Below are positions 1 through 8,880 of a stretch of DNA of 64,000 nt, in pieces. A program made the position numbers and the translations under genes. This DNA is from an uncultured Clostridia bacterium (GTDB lineage Bacteria > Bacillota > Clostridia > Christensenellales > Borkfalkiaceae): positions 1,915 through 65,914 of the forward strand of contig CANQNO010000003.1 of the NCBI GenBank assembly GCA_947625245.1, in the 5' to 3' direction. Every line of letters begins with the position of its first letter. Positions within the stretch are counted from its first letter, which is position 1. The notes under the pieces are model-generated. The model saw only the letters and a program-made list of their open reading frames with translations. It was not told where the DNA came from and did not search any database.

Positions 1-1
1 G

Positions 2-1426
2 ACCACAGACGTGACAAACGTGCAGATGGCGTTTATGATGATAATCCGTACGGCTATACGCAGCCCGCTTATGATGATTTTTTCCACGGTTATGGCGTTT
101 GTGATGGGCGGCAACCTCGCCTGGATCTTCGTTGCCGTAATATTTCCCCTTGCCGCGATTTTGTTGCTTATAATGTGGAAAACTTTGCCCCTTTTCAGAA
201 GGCTTTTCAAAAAGTACGATAATTTGAACGAATCCATACAGGAAAACGTTATGGGTATACGAGTCGTCAAGTCTTATGTTAGGGGAGAGTACGAAAAGGA
301 AAAGTTCGATAAAGCCGCCACCGACTTGCAAATAGATTTTACAAAGGCGGAGAGAATTCTCGCCTGGAACAACCCCGTAATGCAGTTCTTCTTTTACGGC
401 GTACTTTCGTCGGTGCTTTTTATAGGCTCTTATCTCATACTCCAAAATATCCCCGTCGGATTCGGCGCCAGCCTTACCGCGGGAACCATTTCCCAGCTCA
501 TAGTTTACGGCATGCAGATTTTGATGTCGCTTATGATGTTCTCCATGATTTTTGCCATGGTTACAATGTCTATCGAAAGCGCGCGCCGAATTTACGAGGT
601 GCTTAAAGAGGAGAGTACGTTGCACAGCCCCGAAAACGCGATTTATGAGGTTAAAGACGGCTCGATAGACTTTGAAAACGTCAGCTTCAAATATTCGGCT
701 TCGGCTGAAAAGAACGTGCTCGAAGATATAAATCTGCACATAAAATCGGGCGAAACGATAGGCATAATAGGCGGAACGGGCTCTTCCAAAACTTCGCTCG
801 TAAATCTAATATCCCGCCTTTACGACGTGACGGAAGGTTCTGTGAAAGTCGGCTCGCACGACGTTAAGGAATACGATCTTGAAGCATTGCGCAACAATGT
901 TTCGGTCGTCCTGCAAAAAAACGAGCTGTTTTCGGGCACCATAAAAGAAAACCTGCGTTGGGGCAATCCCGAAGCCACCGACGAGGAGCTTTTAGAAGCC
1001 TGCAAACTTGCGCAGGCAGACGAATTCATACAGACTTTCCCCGATAAGTACGATACTCATATCGAGCAGGGCGGCACCAACGTATCGGGCGGGCAGAAGC
1101 AGCGCCTTTGCATAGCTCGCGCGCTTTTAAAAAAGCCAAAAATCCTGATTTTGGACGACTCGACTTCGGCGGTCGATACCCACACCGACGCTTTGATAAG
1201 AAAGGCGTTCCGCGAATACATACCCGAGACCACCAAAATAATTATCGCGCAGCGCATATCTTCGGTTGAGGACGCCGACAGGATAGTGATTATGGATAAC
1301 GGAAAAATAAACGCAGTGGGCACCCATAAGGAATTGTTGGGCACGAACCCCATCTACACAGAGGTCTACACCACCCAGAACAGGGGCGGCAAGGCGGAAG
1401 GAGGGGAAGAAAATGCCTCCTGTTAA
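2..1426 (+). CDS. ABC transporter ATP-binding/permease protein, exporter type (5' end outside window)
   Basis: Frame open from window edge. TM-rich N-part, then NBD with Walker A GGTGSSKTS, signature VSGGQKQR, Walker B ILILDD. Confidence 0.85.
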   Translation, partial: TTDVTNVQMAFMMIIRTAIRSPLMMIFSTVMAFVMGGNLAWIFVAVIFPLAAILLLIMWKTLPLFRRLFKKYDNLNESIQENVMGIRVVKSYVRGEYEKEKFDKAATDLQIDFTKAERILAWNNPVMQFFFYGVLSSVLFIGSYLILQNIPVGFGASLTAGTISQLIVYGMQILMSLMMFSMIFAMVTMSIESARRIYEVLKEESTLHSPENAIYEVKDGSIDFENVSFKYSASAEKNVLEDINLHIKSGETIGIIGGTGSSKTSLVNLISRLYDVTEGSVKVGSHDVKEYDLEALRNNVSVVLQKNELFSGTIKENLRWGNPEATDEELLEACKLAQADEFIQTFPDKYDTHIEQGGTNVSGGQKQRLCIARALLKKPKILILDDSTSAVDTHTDALIRKAFREYIPETTKIIIAQRISSVEDADRIVIMDNGKINAVGTHKELLGTNPIYTEVYTTQNRGGKAEGGEENASC

Positions 1427-3332
1427 ACGTCCCGTAACCAAAGCCCCCAAGGGCACTTTTTTAAGAACTTTAAAGGCGCTTTTCGGATATTATCCGAAGA
1501 TGATGACTATAACCCTTGTGCTGATATTGTTCAACGCGATAGTCAGCGCATTGCCTGCGCTGTTCATGGGCAGAATATACGGTTTGCTGGGTACGCCCGG
1601 AGCGAACTGGGCGCAAGAGGGCAGAGAAATAATAATTTCGATGCTCATACTCATAGGATTGTATGTGCTTTCGCTTGCCGCGGGCGCGGTCGACAAACAG
1701 CTTATGGCTATCATAACGCAGGGCTTTTTAAAGAAGATGCGCAGCCGCATGTTCAACGGAATGCAGGATTTGCCCATACGCTATTTCGACACGCACACCC
1801 ACGGCGCGATAATGAGCTATTACACCAACGATATTGACGCGTTGCGTCAAATGATCTCGCAATCCCTGCCCCAGCTTTTACAGTCGGTGATAATGTGCGT
1901 CACCGTGCTTGCAATAATGCTCTGGTACAGCGTATGGCTTACTTTGATAGTCTTAGGCGGAATATTAATAATTTTATTGATAACCAAAATCGTCGGGGGC
2001 GGCGCGGGGAAATATTTCCTCGGTCAGCAGCGCGCCGTCGCAAAGACCGAAGGGTTTATTGAAGAGATGATGAACGGGCAGAAAGTCATAAAAGTGTTCT
2101 GCCACGAAGAGCAGTCCAAAGCCGACTTCGACAAGGTTAACGAAAATCTTTACGAACAGACCAACCGCGCCAACCGCTATGCCAATATGCTCATGCCCAT
2201 TTTGGGCAACATAGGGCACGTTCTCTACGTTGCCATCGCGCTTGCGGGCGGATTGTTCATTTTGAACGGCGTCAAAAACGCGGGGTTGAACCCCGAATAT
2301 TGCGGCGTTCTCACCACCACCGCGGGGATTGCAATGCTCCTTGCCTTTTTGCAGGCGGCGCGGCAGTTTTCCAACAACATAAACCAGGTTTCCAACCAGG
2401 TCAATTCCGTTGTAATGGGTCTTGCGGGCGCGGCGCGGCTTTTCGCGCTCATCGACGAAAAGCCCGAAGAGGACGAGGGGTACGTAACCCTTGTGAACGC
2501 CCGCGAAGAAAACGGCGTACTCGTCGAGTGTGAAGAGCGTACGGGCATATGGGCGTGGAAACACCCCCATAAGGACGGCACCCTTACATACGAGCGGCTC
2601 AAAGGCGATATCCGTATGGAGGAGGTCGACTTCGGCTACACGCCCGACAAGATAGTTTTGCACGACATATCGCTGTATGCCAAACCCGGGCAAAAAGTCG
2701 CATTTGTGGGCGCGACGGGCGCGGGCAAAACCACTATCACAAACCTTTTGACCCGCTTTTACGACATTGCCGACGGAAAAATAAGATACGACGGCATCAA
2801 CGTAAACAAAATCAAAAAACGCGAACTCCGCCGCGCGATAGGCATGGTATTGCAGGATACCAACCTGTTTACGGGCACCGTAATGGACAATATCCGTTAC
2901 GGCAAACTCAGCGCTACCGACGAGGAGTGCATAGCCGCCGCCGTCCTTGCGGGCGCGGACGACTTTATCACCCGCCTGCCCGAGGGCTACAATACAATGT
3001 TGCACCAAAACGGCGCAAACCTCTCGCAGGGGCAAAGGCAGCTTCTCTCCATAGCCCGTGCCGCGGTCGCCGACCCGCCCGTAATGATTTTGGACGAAGC
3101 CACCAGCTCCATAGACACCCGCACCGAAGCGATAGTCCAGCGCGGAATGGATAAACTGATGGAGGGCAGAACGGTATTCGTAATCGCCCACAGGCTTTCC
3201 ACCGTAAAAAATTCCAACGCTATAATGGTTTTGGAGAACGGAAGGATAATAGAGCGCGGTACCCACGAACAGCTCATAGCGCAAAAGGGCAAGTATTACA
3301 GGCTCTACACCGGCGCGTTCGAACTCGAATAG
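1413..3332 (+). CDS. ABC transporter ATP-binding/permease protein (likely heterodimer partner of upstream gene)
   Basis: 639 aa. Six-TM-like N-half, then Walker A GATGAGKTT, signature LSQGQRQL, Walker B VMILDEATS. 14-nt overlap with upstream gene and strong SD GGAAGGAGGGG. Confidence 0.9.
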   Translation: MPPVKRPVTKAPKGTFLRTLKALFGYYPKMMTITLVLILFNAIVSALPALFMGRIYGLLGTPGANWAQEGREIIISMLILIGLYVLSLAAGAVDKQLMAIITQGFLKKMRSRMFNGMQDLPIRYFDTHTHGAIMSYYTNDIDALRQMISQSLPQLLQSVIMCVTVLAIMLWYSVWLTLIVLGGILIILLITKIVGGGAGKYFLGQQRAVAKTEGFIEEMMNGQKVIKVFCHEEQSKADFDKVNENLYEQTNRANRYANMLMPILGNIGHVLYVAIALAGGLFILNGVKNAGLNPEYCGVLTTTAGIAMLLAFLQAARQFSNNINQVSNQVNSVVMGLAGAARLFALIDEKPEEDEGYVTLVNAREENGVLVECEERTGIWAWKHPHKDGTLTYERLKGDIRMEEVDFGYTPDKIVLHDISLYAKPGQKVAFVGATGAGKTTITNLLTRFYDIADGKIRYDGINVNKIKKRELRRAIGMVLQDTNLFTGTVMDNIRYGKLSATDEECIAAAVLAGADDFITRLPEGYNTMLHQNGANLSQGQRQLLSIARAAVADPPVMILDEATSSIDTRTEAIVQRGMDKLMEGRTVFVIAHRLSTVKNSNAIMVLENGRIIERGTHEQLIAQKGKYYRLYTGAFELE

Positions 3333-3350
3333 AGCCGTTTTCCAAAAAAG

Positions 3351-3380
3351 AATAGTACAAACTGTCAATAACATATGCTA
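3351..3380 (+). promoter_or_regulatory. candidate mother-cell (sigE/sigK-type) promoter upstream of sigK
   Basis: CATATGCTA at 3372-3380 fits the CATAnnnTA -10 pattern of sigK-type promoters. AT-rich AATAGT at 3351-3356. No sigA-like TTGACA/TATAAT pair here. Confidence 0.3.
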
Positions 3381-3409
3381 TATAACCGTGATAAAAGGTG
3401 GTATGGCAT

Positions 3410-4114
3410 ATGTTTTTTGATTTTTTGGGGCTTCTGTTTTCAAAGATATTCTTTTTTACGGGTTTGGTACGGCAGGAAGGCACTTTCCCCAAACCACTGT
3501 CTCCGGAGGAAGAAAAAAAATATCTTGCGCTCGCCCGTTCGGGAGATAAAAACGCCAAAGAAATTCTCATAAAGCACAATATGCGGCTGGTTGCGCACGT
3601 CGTAAAAAAATACACGGGTTCCGCCGAAACGGACGACTTGATTTCCGTGGGTTCTATAGGGCTTATTAAGGCGATCGACACCTACCGCGAGGGGAAAGGC
3701 ACCGCGCTTGCAACTTACACCGCCCGCTGTATCGAAAACGAGATCCTCATGCTCCTCAGGGCAAGCAAAAAGCATAAAAACAACGTGTCGCTCACCGACC
3801 CCGTCGGCACGGACAAGGACGGGAACGAACTCACCCTCATGGATTTGCTGTCAGAAAAAGAGGAGAGCGTTTTCGCACAGGTGGAAAAGAGCATCCAGCG
3901 CGAAAAATTCGTGGAAGTTTTAAAGGGCTTTTTAAACGAAAGGGAATTTACAATACTATCCATGCGGTACGGGCTTTTGGACGGCGTCGCGCTGCCGCAG
4001 AGGGAAGTTGCCGTAAAGCTCGGTATTTCGCGTAGCTACATATCGCGGATAGAAAAGCGCGCAATAGAAAAAGCGAGGGAAAATCTCGATAAGGACGATT
4101 TTTTCACCGATTAA
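3410..4114 (+). CDS. sigK: RNA polymerase sporulation sigma factor K (pro-sigma-K), uninterrupted
   Basis: Hydrophobic pro-peptide, then FPKPLSPEEEKKYL...NMRLVAHVVKKY...ATYTARCIENEILM...GISRSYISRIEKRA, close to remembered B. subtilis SigK. SD AAGGTGG lies 8 nt before ATG 3410; the ORF track starts at GTG 3398. Confidence 0.8.
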   Translation: MFFDFLGLLFSKIFFFTGLVRQEGTFPKPLSPEEEKKYLALARSGDKNAKEILIKHNMRLVAHVVKKYTGSAETDDLISVGSIGLIKAIDTYREGKGTALATYTARCIENEILMLLRASKKHKNNVSLTDPVGTDKDGNELTLMDLLSEKEESVFAQVEKSIQREKFVEVLKGFLNEREFTILSMRYGLLDGVALPQREVAVKLGISRSYISRIEKRAIEKARENLDKDDFFTD

Positions 4115-4116
4115 AC

Positions 4117-4145
4117 TTGACAATCAAAGCACCCGTTTGTAAAAT
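4117..4145 (+). promoter_or_regulatory. sigma-A type promoter for tyrS
   Basis: TTGACA (4117-4122), 17-nt spacer, TAAAAT (4140-4145). Confidence 0.6.
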
Positions 4146-4181
4146 ATTATTAAAAATTACAGTTTTTTCCGGGTGGTTTTT

Positions 4182-5366
4182 ATGGATATTTACGGAGAAC
4201 TAAAAGAGCGCGGCTTGATTGCGCAGGTCACCGACGAAGAGGAGATAAAAAATCTTATAAACGGCGGCGGAGCGCGCTTTTATATAGGTTTTGACCCCAC
4301 TGCGGACAGCCTGCATGTGGGACATTTTATGGCGCTCTGCCTTATGAAGAGATTGCAGATGGCGGGCAACAGGCCGGTTGTGCTTCTCGGCGGCGGTACG
4401 GGCTATGTGGGCGACCCTTCGGGGAGATCGGACATGCGCTCGATGCTCACCCCCGAAACTATCCGCCGCAACTGCGAGTGCTTCAAAAAGCAGATGGAGC
4501 GGTTTATAGAATTCGGCGACGGCAAGGCGATAATAGTCAATAACGCCGATTGGCTTTTAAAACTGAATTACGTGGACCTCTTGCGCGACGTGGGCGCATG
4601 CTTTTCCGTAAACAACATGCTCCGCGCCGAGTGCTATAAGCAGAGGATGGAAAAGGGGCTGTCGTTCCTCGAATTCAATTATATGATAATGCAGTCGTAC
4701 GACTTTTGGTATCTCCACGAACATTACGGCTGCAACATGCAGTTCGGCGGCGACGACCAGTGGAGCAACATGCTTGCGGGCACCGAGCTTATCCGCAAAA
4801 AGACGGGCAAAGACGCCTATGCCATGACAATAACCCTGCTTTTGAACAGCGAGGGCAAAAAAATGGGCAAAACCGCAAAGGGCGCCGTATGGCTCGACGA
4901 AAACAAGACGCCGCCCTATGATTTTTATCAATATTGGCGCAATGTTGACGACGCCGACGTGATGAAATGCCTTAAAATGCTCACGTTTATCCCTATGGAA
5001 GAGCTTCGCGAAATGGAGAAGTGGGAGCAGAGCCGCATAAACGAAAAAAAGGAAATTTTGGCTTTCGAGCTTACAAAACTCGTGCACGGCGAACAAAAGG
5101 CACAAGAAGCCCGCTCACAGGCAAAAGCGGCGTTCGGCGGCGGTGAAGATTTGCCCGAAAAACATATCGCAGTTGAAACGCCAACAATTATTCCCGTGCT
5201 TGTCGCGGCTGGGATCTGCGCCTCCAACGGCGAAGCGCGCAGGCTCATCCGGCAGGGCGGCGTGTCGTTGAACGACGGCAAGGTGACCGATTTCAATTCG
5301 CCCGTAAAGAGCGGCGACGTTATCCACAAGGGCAAAAAGGTACACATAAAAATAATTTTGAAATAA
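4182..5366 (+). CDS. tyrS: tyrosine--tRNA ligase
   Basis: Class I motifs HVGHF (HIGH) and KMGKT (KMSKS), with a C-terminal S4-like domain. ATG 4182 follows GGGTGG. Confidence 0.9.
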   Translation: MDIYGELKERGLIAQVTDEEEIKNLINGGGARFYIGFDPTADSLHVGHFMALCLMKRLQMAGNRPVVLLGGGTGYVGDPSGRSDMRSMLTPETIRRNCECFKKQMERFIEFGDGKAIIVNNADWLLKLNYVDLLRDVGACFSVNNMLRAECYKQRMEKGLSFLEFNYMIMQSYDFWYLHEHYGCNMQFGGDDQWSNMLAGTELIRKKTGKDAYAMTITLLLNSEGKKMGKTAKGAVWLDENKTPPYDFYQYWRNVDDADVMKCLKMLTFIPMEELREMEKWEQSRINEKKEILAFELTKLVHGEQKAQEARSQAKAAFGGGEDLPEKHIAVETPTIIPVLVAAGICASNGEARRLIRQGGVSLNDGKVTDFNSPVKSGDVIHKGKKVHIKIILK

Positions 5367-5999
5367 ATGATAAAATCATATCTTTCACTTTCGGGCGAGT
5401 GCGTCACCCGCAAGACAATAGAAAAATCCGAATTTATAACCACGTCACGGCATGTTTGGGGCGAAGATCAGGCGCGGGAATTTGTTTCTGAAGTAAAAGA
5501 AAATTATCCCGACGCCACACATAACTGCTATGCCTTCGTCGCCGACAATTTAGGTAACTTTTTAAGATTTTCCGACGACGGCGAACCGCAGGGCACGGCG
5601 GGGATGCCTATTCTGGAAGTCCTTAAAACCAACTGTCTGTACGAAACGGCTATAGTCGTAACAAGGTATTTCGGCGGAATAAAGCTGGGAGCGGGCGGGC
5701 TTGTGCGCGCCTATTCCGGTTCCGCCGCCGAAAACATTGCGGTCGCAAAAAAGGTAATGTACCAAAACTGCGCCGAGAACCGCTATACCGTCGGGTATTC
5801 CGAAGCCGCAGCGGTGGCGCGTTTCTTTGCGGAACGGGGCGTAAACGTGCTTAATAAGGAGTATACCGACGGCGTCTCATATACCGTTGCAGTAAAAAAG
5901 TCGGATGAAGAGGAGATAAACGCCTCGCTTTCGGATATTCTTTCGGGCAGGGTGCAAATAAATAAACTGCGGGAGTATTTCTTCCCGTTTCCGGTGTAA
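5367..5999 (+). CDS. YigZ/IMPACT family protein (UPF0029)
   Basis: KSEFI...ATHNCYAF...DDGEPQGTAGMPIL...VTRYFGGIKLGAGGLVRAY pattern typical of the YigZ family. Abuts the tyrS stop. Confidence 0.75.
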   Translation: MIKSYLSLSGECVTRKTIEKSEFITTSRHVWGEDQAREFVSEVKENYPDATHNCYAFVADNLGNFLRFSDDGEPQGTAGMPILEVLKTNCLYETAIVVTRYFGGIKLGAGGLVRAYSGSAAENIAVAKKVMYQNCAENRYTVGYSEAAAVARFFAERGVNVLNKEYTDGVSYTVAVKKSDEEEINASLSDILSGRVQINKLREYFFPFPV

Positions 6000-6005
6000 A
6001 AGTAT

Positions 6006-6623
6006 ATGTCCGAAATCACTTCGATCGAACCGCAAATCAAGGATAAAAACCGTTGCAACGTCTACGTCGACGGCAGATTTTATTGCGGGATAATGCTCGA
6101 AACGGCGGTAAAATACCGCCTTAAAGCGGGCATGCGCATAACCAAAACCGAACTCGACGAAATACAGCTCGAAACGGAAAAGAGCCGGGCGCTCGACAAG
6201 GCAATGACCCATATTTCGGCTTCCATGAAAACTTCGCGCGGGATCAGGGATTTTTTGGCTAAGAAAGGCTATACCGAAGCCGTGCAAAACTATGTTCTCG
6301 AAAAACTCGAATACTATGATTTGGTAGACGACTATGCCTATTGCCGAGCGTATATCGAAAGCGTAAAGGGCAAAGGCAAGCGCGCGCTCGAAGCCGAACT
6401 CTTAAAACGCGGCGCCGACAAAAACGCCGTGGAGCGGGCTTTAAGCGAAACAGAAGAGGACGCAACCGAAGCGCTCGCTGTGCTTTCAAAATATATGCGC
6501 GGGAAAGCCGCGGACAAGCAAAATCTATACAAGGGGTTTAAATTTTTGCTTTCCAAAGGCTATTCGGCCGACACCTCAAAAGCTGCGCTTTCAAAGTACG
6601 GAAATATAGATGAAGATTATTGA
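6006..6623 (+). CDS. recX: recombination regulator RecX
   Basis: 205 aa. N-terminal CNVYVDGRF... followed by three helical repeats with RecX-like spacing (RALDKAM.., EKLEYYDLVDDYAY.., RAL..). Confidence 0.7.
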   Translation: MSEITSIEPQIKDKNRCNVYVDGRFYCGIMLETAVKYRLKAGMRITKTELDEIQLETEKSRALDKAMTHISASMKTSRGIRDFLAKKGYTEAVQNYVLEKLEYYDLVDDYAYCRAYIESVKGKGKRALEAELLKRGADKNAVERALSETEEDATEALAVLSKYMRGKAADKQNLYKGFKFLLSKGYSADTSKAALSKYGNIDEDY

Positions 6624-7290
6624 GCTGGATGAAACCGATTCCACCAACGAATATATAAAGCGCATGAATTTTTCGGGCGAAGTTACTGTAATCGCCCGCC
6701 GCCAGACCGACGGCAGGGGCACAAAGGGCAGGAGCTTCGTCTCCGGCGAGGGAGGCTTATATCTTTCCGTATTGCGCATCTTTGAAAAGTTCGACCCGCG
6801 CGACGCTTTCCGCATAATGGTAAACGCCTGTACGGCGGTTTGCAAAACGATACAAAGTTTTGGCGTAACGCCCGGAATCCGTTGGGCGAACGACGTGCTC
6901 GTCGGCGGCAAAAAGATATGCGGCACACTCATAGAAAACAGCTTTTCGGGCAACGGATTGCGCTCTCTCACCGGCATAGGTTTAAACGTCACCAACCGCC
7001 TGCCCCCAGAGTTGAAAGACATTGCGGTAAACCTTTCAGAGGTCTCGCCCATAAAAGTTACCGTACGCGAAGTAGGGCAAAAGCTCATCAAAAACCTTTC
7101 AAATGAATACACAATTGAAGAATACAAGAGCTATATAGGCTTTTTCGGGAAAAAAATCACGCTTATAACCTCTTCGGGCTCGAGGAGTGCGACCGCGCTC
7201 GACGTCGCCGCGGACGGACGGCTGAAAGTTTTGGAAGAAAACGGCGAAGTCAGCCTTATAAGCGCGGCGGAGGTAAGTTTAAAGAGTTAA
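6610..7290 (+). CDS. birA: biotin--[acetyl-CoA-carboxylase] ligase, group I (no N-terminal DNA-binding domain)
   Basis: LDETDSTNEY...QTDGRGTKGRSF...GGLYLS motifs. Only 226 aa, starting directly with the catalytic domain. Confidence 0.8.
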   Translation: MKIIELDETDSTNEYIKRMNFSGEVTVIARRQTDGRGTKGRSFVSGEGGLYLSVLRIFEKFDPRDAFRIMVNACTAVCKTIQSFGVTPGIRWANDVLVGGKKICGTLIENSFSGNGLRSLTGIGLNVTNRLPPELKDIAVNLSEVSPIKVTVREVGQKLIKNLSNEYTIEEYKSYIGFFGKKITLITSSGSRSATALDVAADGRLKVLEENGEVSLISAAEVSLKS

Positions 7291-8715
7291 ATGGAAAGAG
7301 CGCTTTCAAACGCGGAAATGCGGCTTGCAGACCGCTATACGATTGAAAAACTCAAAATATCTTCGCAAATTCTCATGCAACGCGCGGGCTATGCGCTTGC
7401 GGCGGAAGCGGAAAAATACGCTTGCGGCGAACAGGTTACGGTGGTTTGCGGCACGGGCAACAACGGCGGCGACGGCTATGTTTGCGCCGAAAAGCTCCGT
7501 GCGGACGGCTTTAACGTAAAGGTCTACGCCGTGACGGGCAGTCTTTCCGCAGACTGCCGCCGCGAAAAGGAGAATTACAAGGGCGGATATTCCGAATTAA
7601 TTTGCGGCGACGTAATTGTGGAGTGCCTTTTCGGAACGGGCTTGTCCCGTCCGCTCGGCGGGGAGTTTTTAAATATAATCCAAAAGATCAATTCCTCGGG
7701 CGCGTTCGTCATTTCCGCGGATATTCCTTGCGGAATAAACGGCGACAACGGTCTTATTATGGGCGGCGCGGTTCGCGCGGACGTCACTGTGGCAATAGGC
7801 GAATACAAACTCGGGCATTTTTTAAACGACGGAGCGGACTTTTCGGGCAGGCTCGTAAAAGCCGACATTGGCATTGTCTGCCCCGAAGACGGGTATGCGG
7901 TAATTCTGGAAGACGGCGACATAAAGAGATTTTTCCCCGCCCGTTTGCGCAACACCCATAAGGGCAGTTACGGAACCGCACGGCTCATTGTCGGCTCAGA
8001 CAAATATCCCGGCGCGGCGGCGCTGGCTGCGGAGGCGGCTCTGCGCTCTGGTTGCGGATACGTGAAAGTATGCACAAGCGAAAAAATAAAATATTCTTTG
8101 GCGGCAAAGCTTCCGCAGGCGATTTTTATCGACGGAGAGGATATGTCCGACGGCGCAACGGCTATAGGCTGCGGTTCGGGCGTTTCCGAAGAGCTCTACC
8201 AGAGGATACGCGGGCTCTTGAACGGTTATAAGGGCGTTCTCATAATCGACGCCGACGGCTTGAATTCGCTTTCGGCTTATGGCAGGGAAATTCTTCATAA
8301 AAAGAGTTGCGAAGTAATTTTAACGCCCCATATCGGGGAGTTTTCCCGTCTTTCGGGGCTTTCCGCCGAGGAAATTCTTAATGACCCCGTCGGTTCGGCA
8401 AGAGCATTTGCCCTGTCTTACGGGGTCACGGTATTGCTTAAAAGCGCAGCAAGCGTTTTGACCGACGGAAAAAGGACAATAATTTTAAACAGAGGCAATA
8501 CCGCGCTCGCAAAAGCGGGGAGCGGCGACATGCTCACGGGTTTTATGTGCGGCACGGCGGCGCGGGGAGTGGAAAGCTTTTTTGCGGCTGCGGTTTCTTC
8601 GTACGTTATGGGCGTTTCGGCGGAAATAAGCGCGGCTGAAAAGACGGAGTATTGCGCCACTTCCGAAGATATCATAAAAAATCTTCATACCGCCGTGAGA
8701 AAGTTGACAGGCTGA
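7291..8715 (+). CDS. nnr: bifunctional NAD(P)H-hydrate repair enzyme (epimerase/ADP-dependent dehydratase)
   Basis: YjeF-N motif GTGNNGGDG and C-terminal kinase-like GSGDMLTG. 474 aa. Confidence 0.85.
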   Translation: MERALSNAEMRLADRYTIEKLKISSQILMQRAGYALAAEAEKYACGEQVTVVCGTGNNGGDGYVCAEKLRADGFNVKVYAVTGSLSADCRREKENYKGGYSELICGDVIVECLFGTGLSRPLGGEFLNIIQKINSSGAFVISADIPCGINGDNGLIMGGAVRADVTVAIGEYKLGHFLNDGADFSGRLVKADIGIVCPEDGYAVILEDGDIKRFFPARLRNTHKGSYGTARLIVGSDKYPGAAALAAEAALRSGCGYVKVCTSEKIKYSLAAKLPQAIFIDGEDMSDGATAIGCGSGVSEELYQRIRGLLNGYKGVLIIDADGLNSLSAYGREILHKKSCEVILTPHIGEFSRLSGLSAEEILNDPVGSARAFALSYGVTVLLKSAASVLTDGKRTIILNRGNTALAKAGSGDMLTGFMCGTAARGVESFFAAAVSSYVMGVSAEISAAEKTEYCATSEDIIKNLHTAVRKLTG

Positions 8716-8812
8716 CGGCGTTTTGGTAAACTTAATGCGTTGAAAGGGAGTAGTTACAAGCGCGGCTACGACATCACCGGCACAAAAAGCCCGGAGCCGC
8801 ACCCTTTGTGGG

Positions 8813-8860
8813 AACAAGACTTTCGACTTAAATTTGCGGATTTAAGTCGAAAGTCTTGTT
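8813..8860 (+). repeat. perfect 21-bp inverted repeat (hairpin with 6-nt loop) in the nnr/antiporter intergenic region
   Basis: AACAAGACTTTCGACTTAAAT (8813-8833), loop TTGCGG, then ATTTAAGTCGAAAGTCTTGTT (8840-8860). Followed by TTCGG and the SD ACGGAG. Confidence 0.9.
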
Positions 8861-8880
8861 TTCGGTTAGACGGAGTTTTT

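Noticed and set aside
1974-3374. Long antisense ORFs inside well-supported + strand genes. Examples: 1974-3374, 11338-12114, 12705-13661, 17978-19132, 21301-22299, 22555-23391, 31433-32434, 36984-38395, 59587-60624.
   Set aside because: Each lies fully inside a gene with clear family motifs on the other strand. Their translations are low-complexity (Arg/Ala/Gly/Phe-rich) with no motifs. They are typical shadow ORFs.
4115-4181. T-box leader expected upstream of tyrS.
   Set aside because: The gap is only 67 nt and is occupied by a consensus promoter. No specifier-loop or T-box sequence is possible.
8740-8880. ORF-track start of the antiporter at 8740, which would add 47 N-terminal residues.
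   Set aside because: That stretch spans the 21-bp hairpin and is not hydrophobic. ATG 8881 has an SD and begins the first TM segment.
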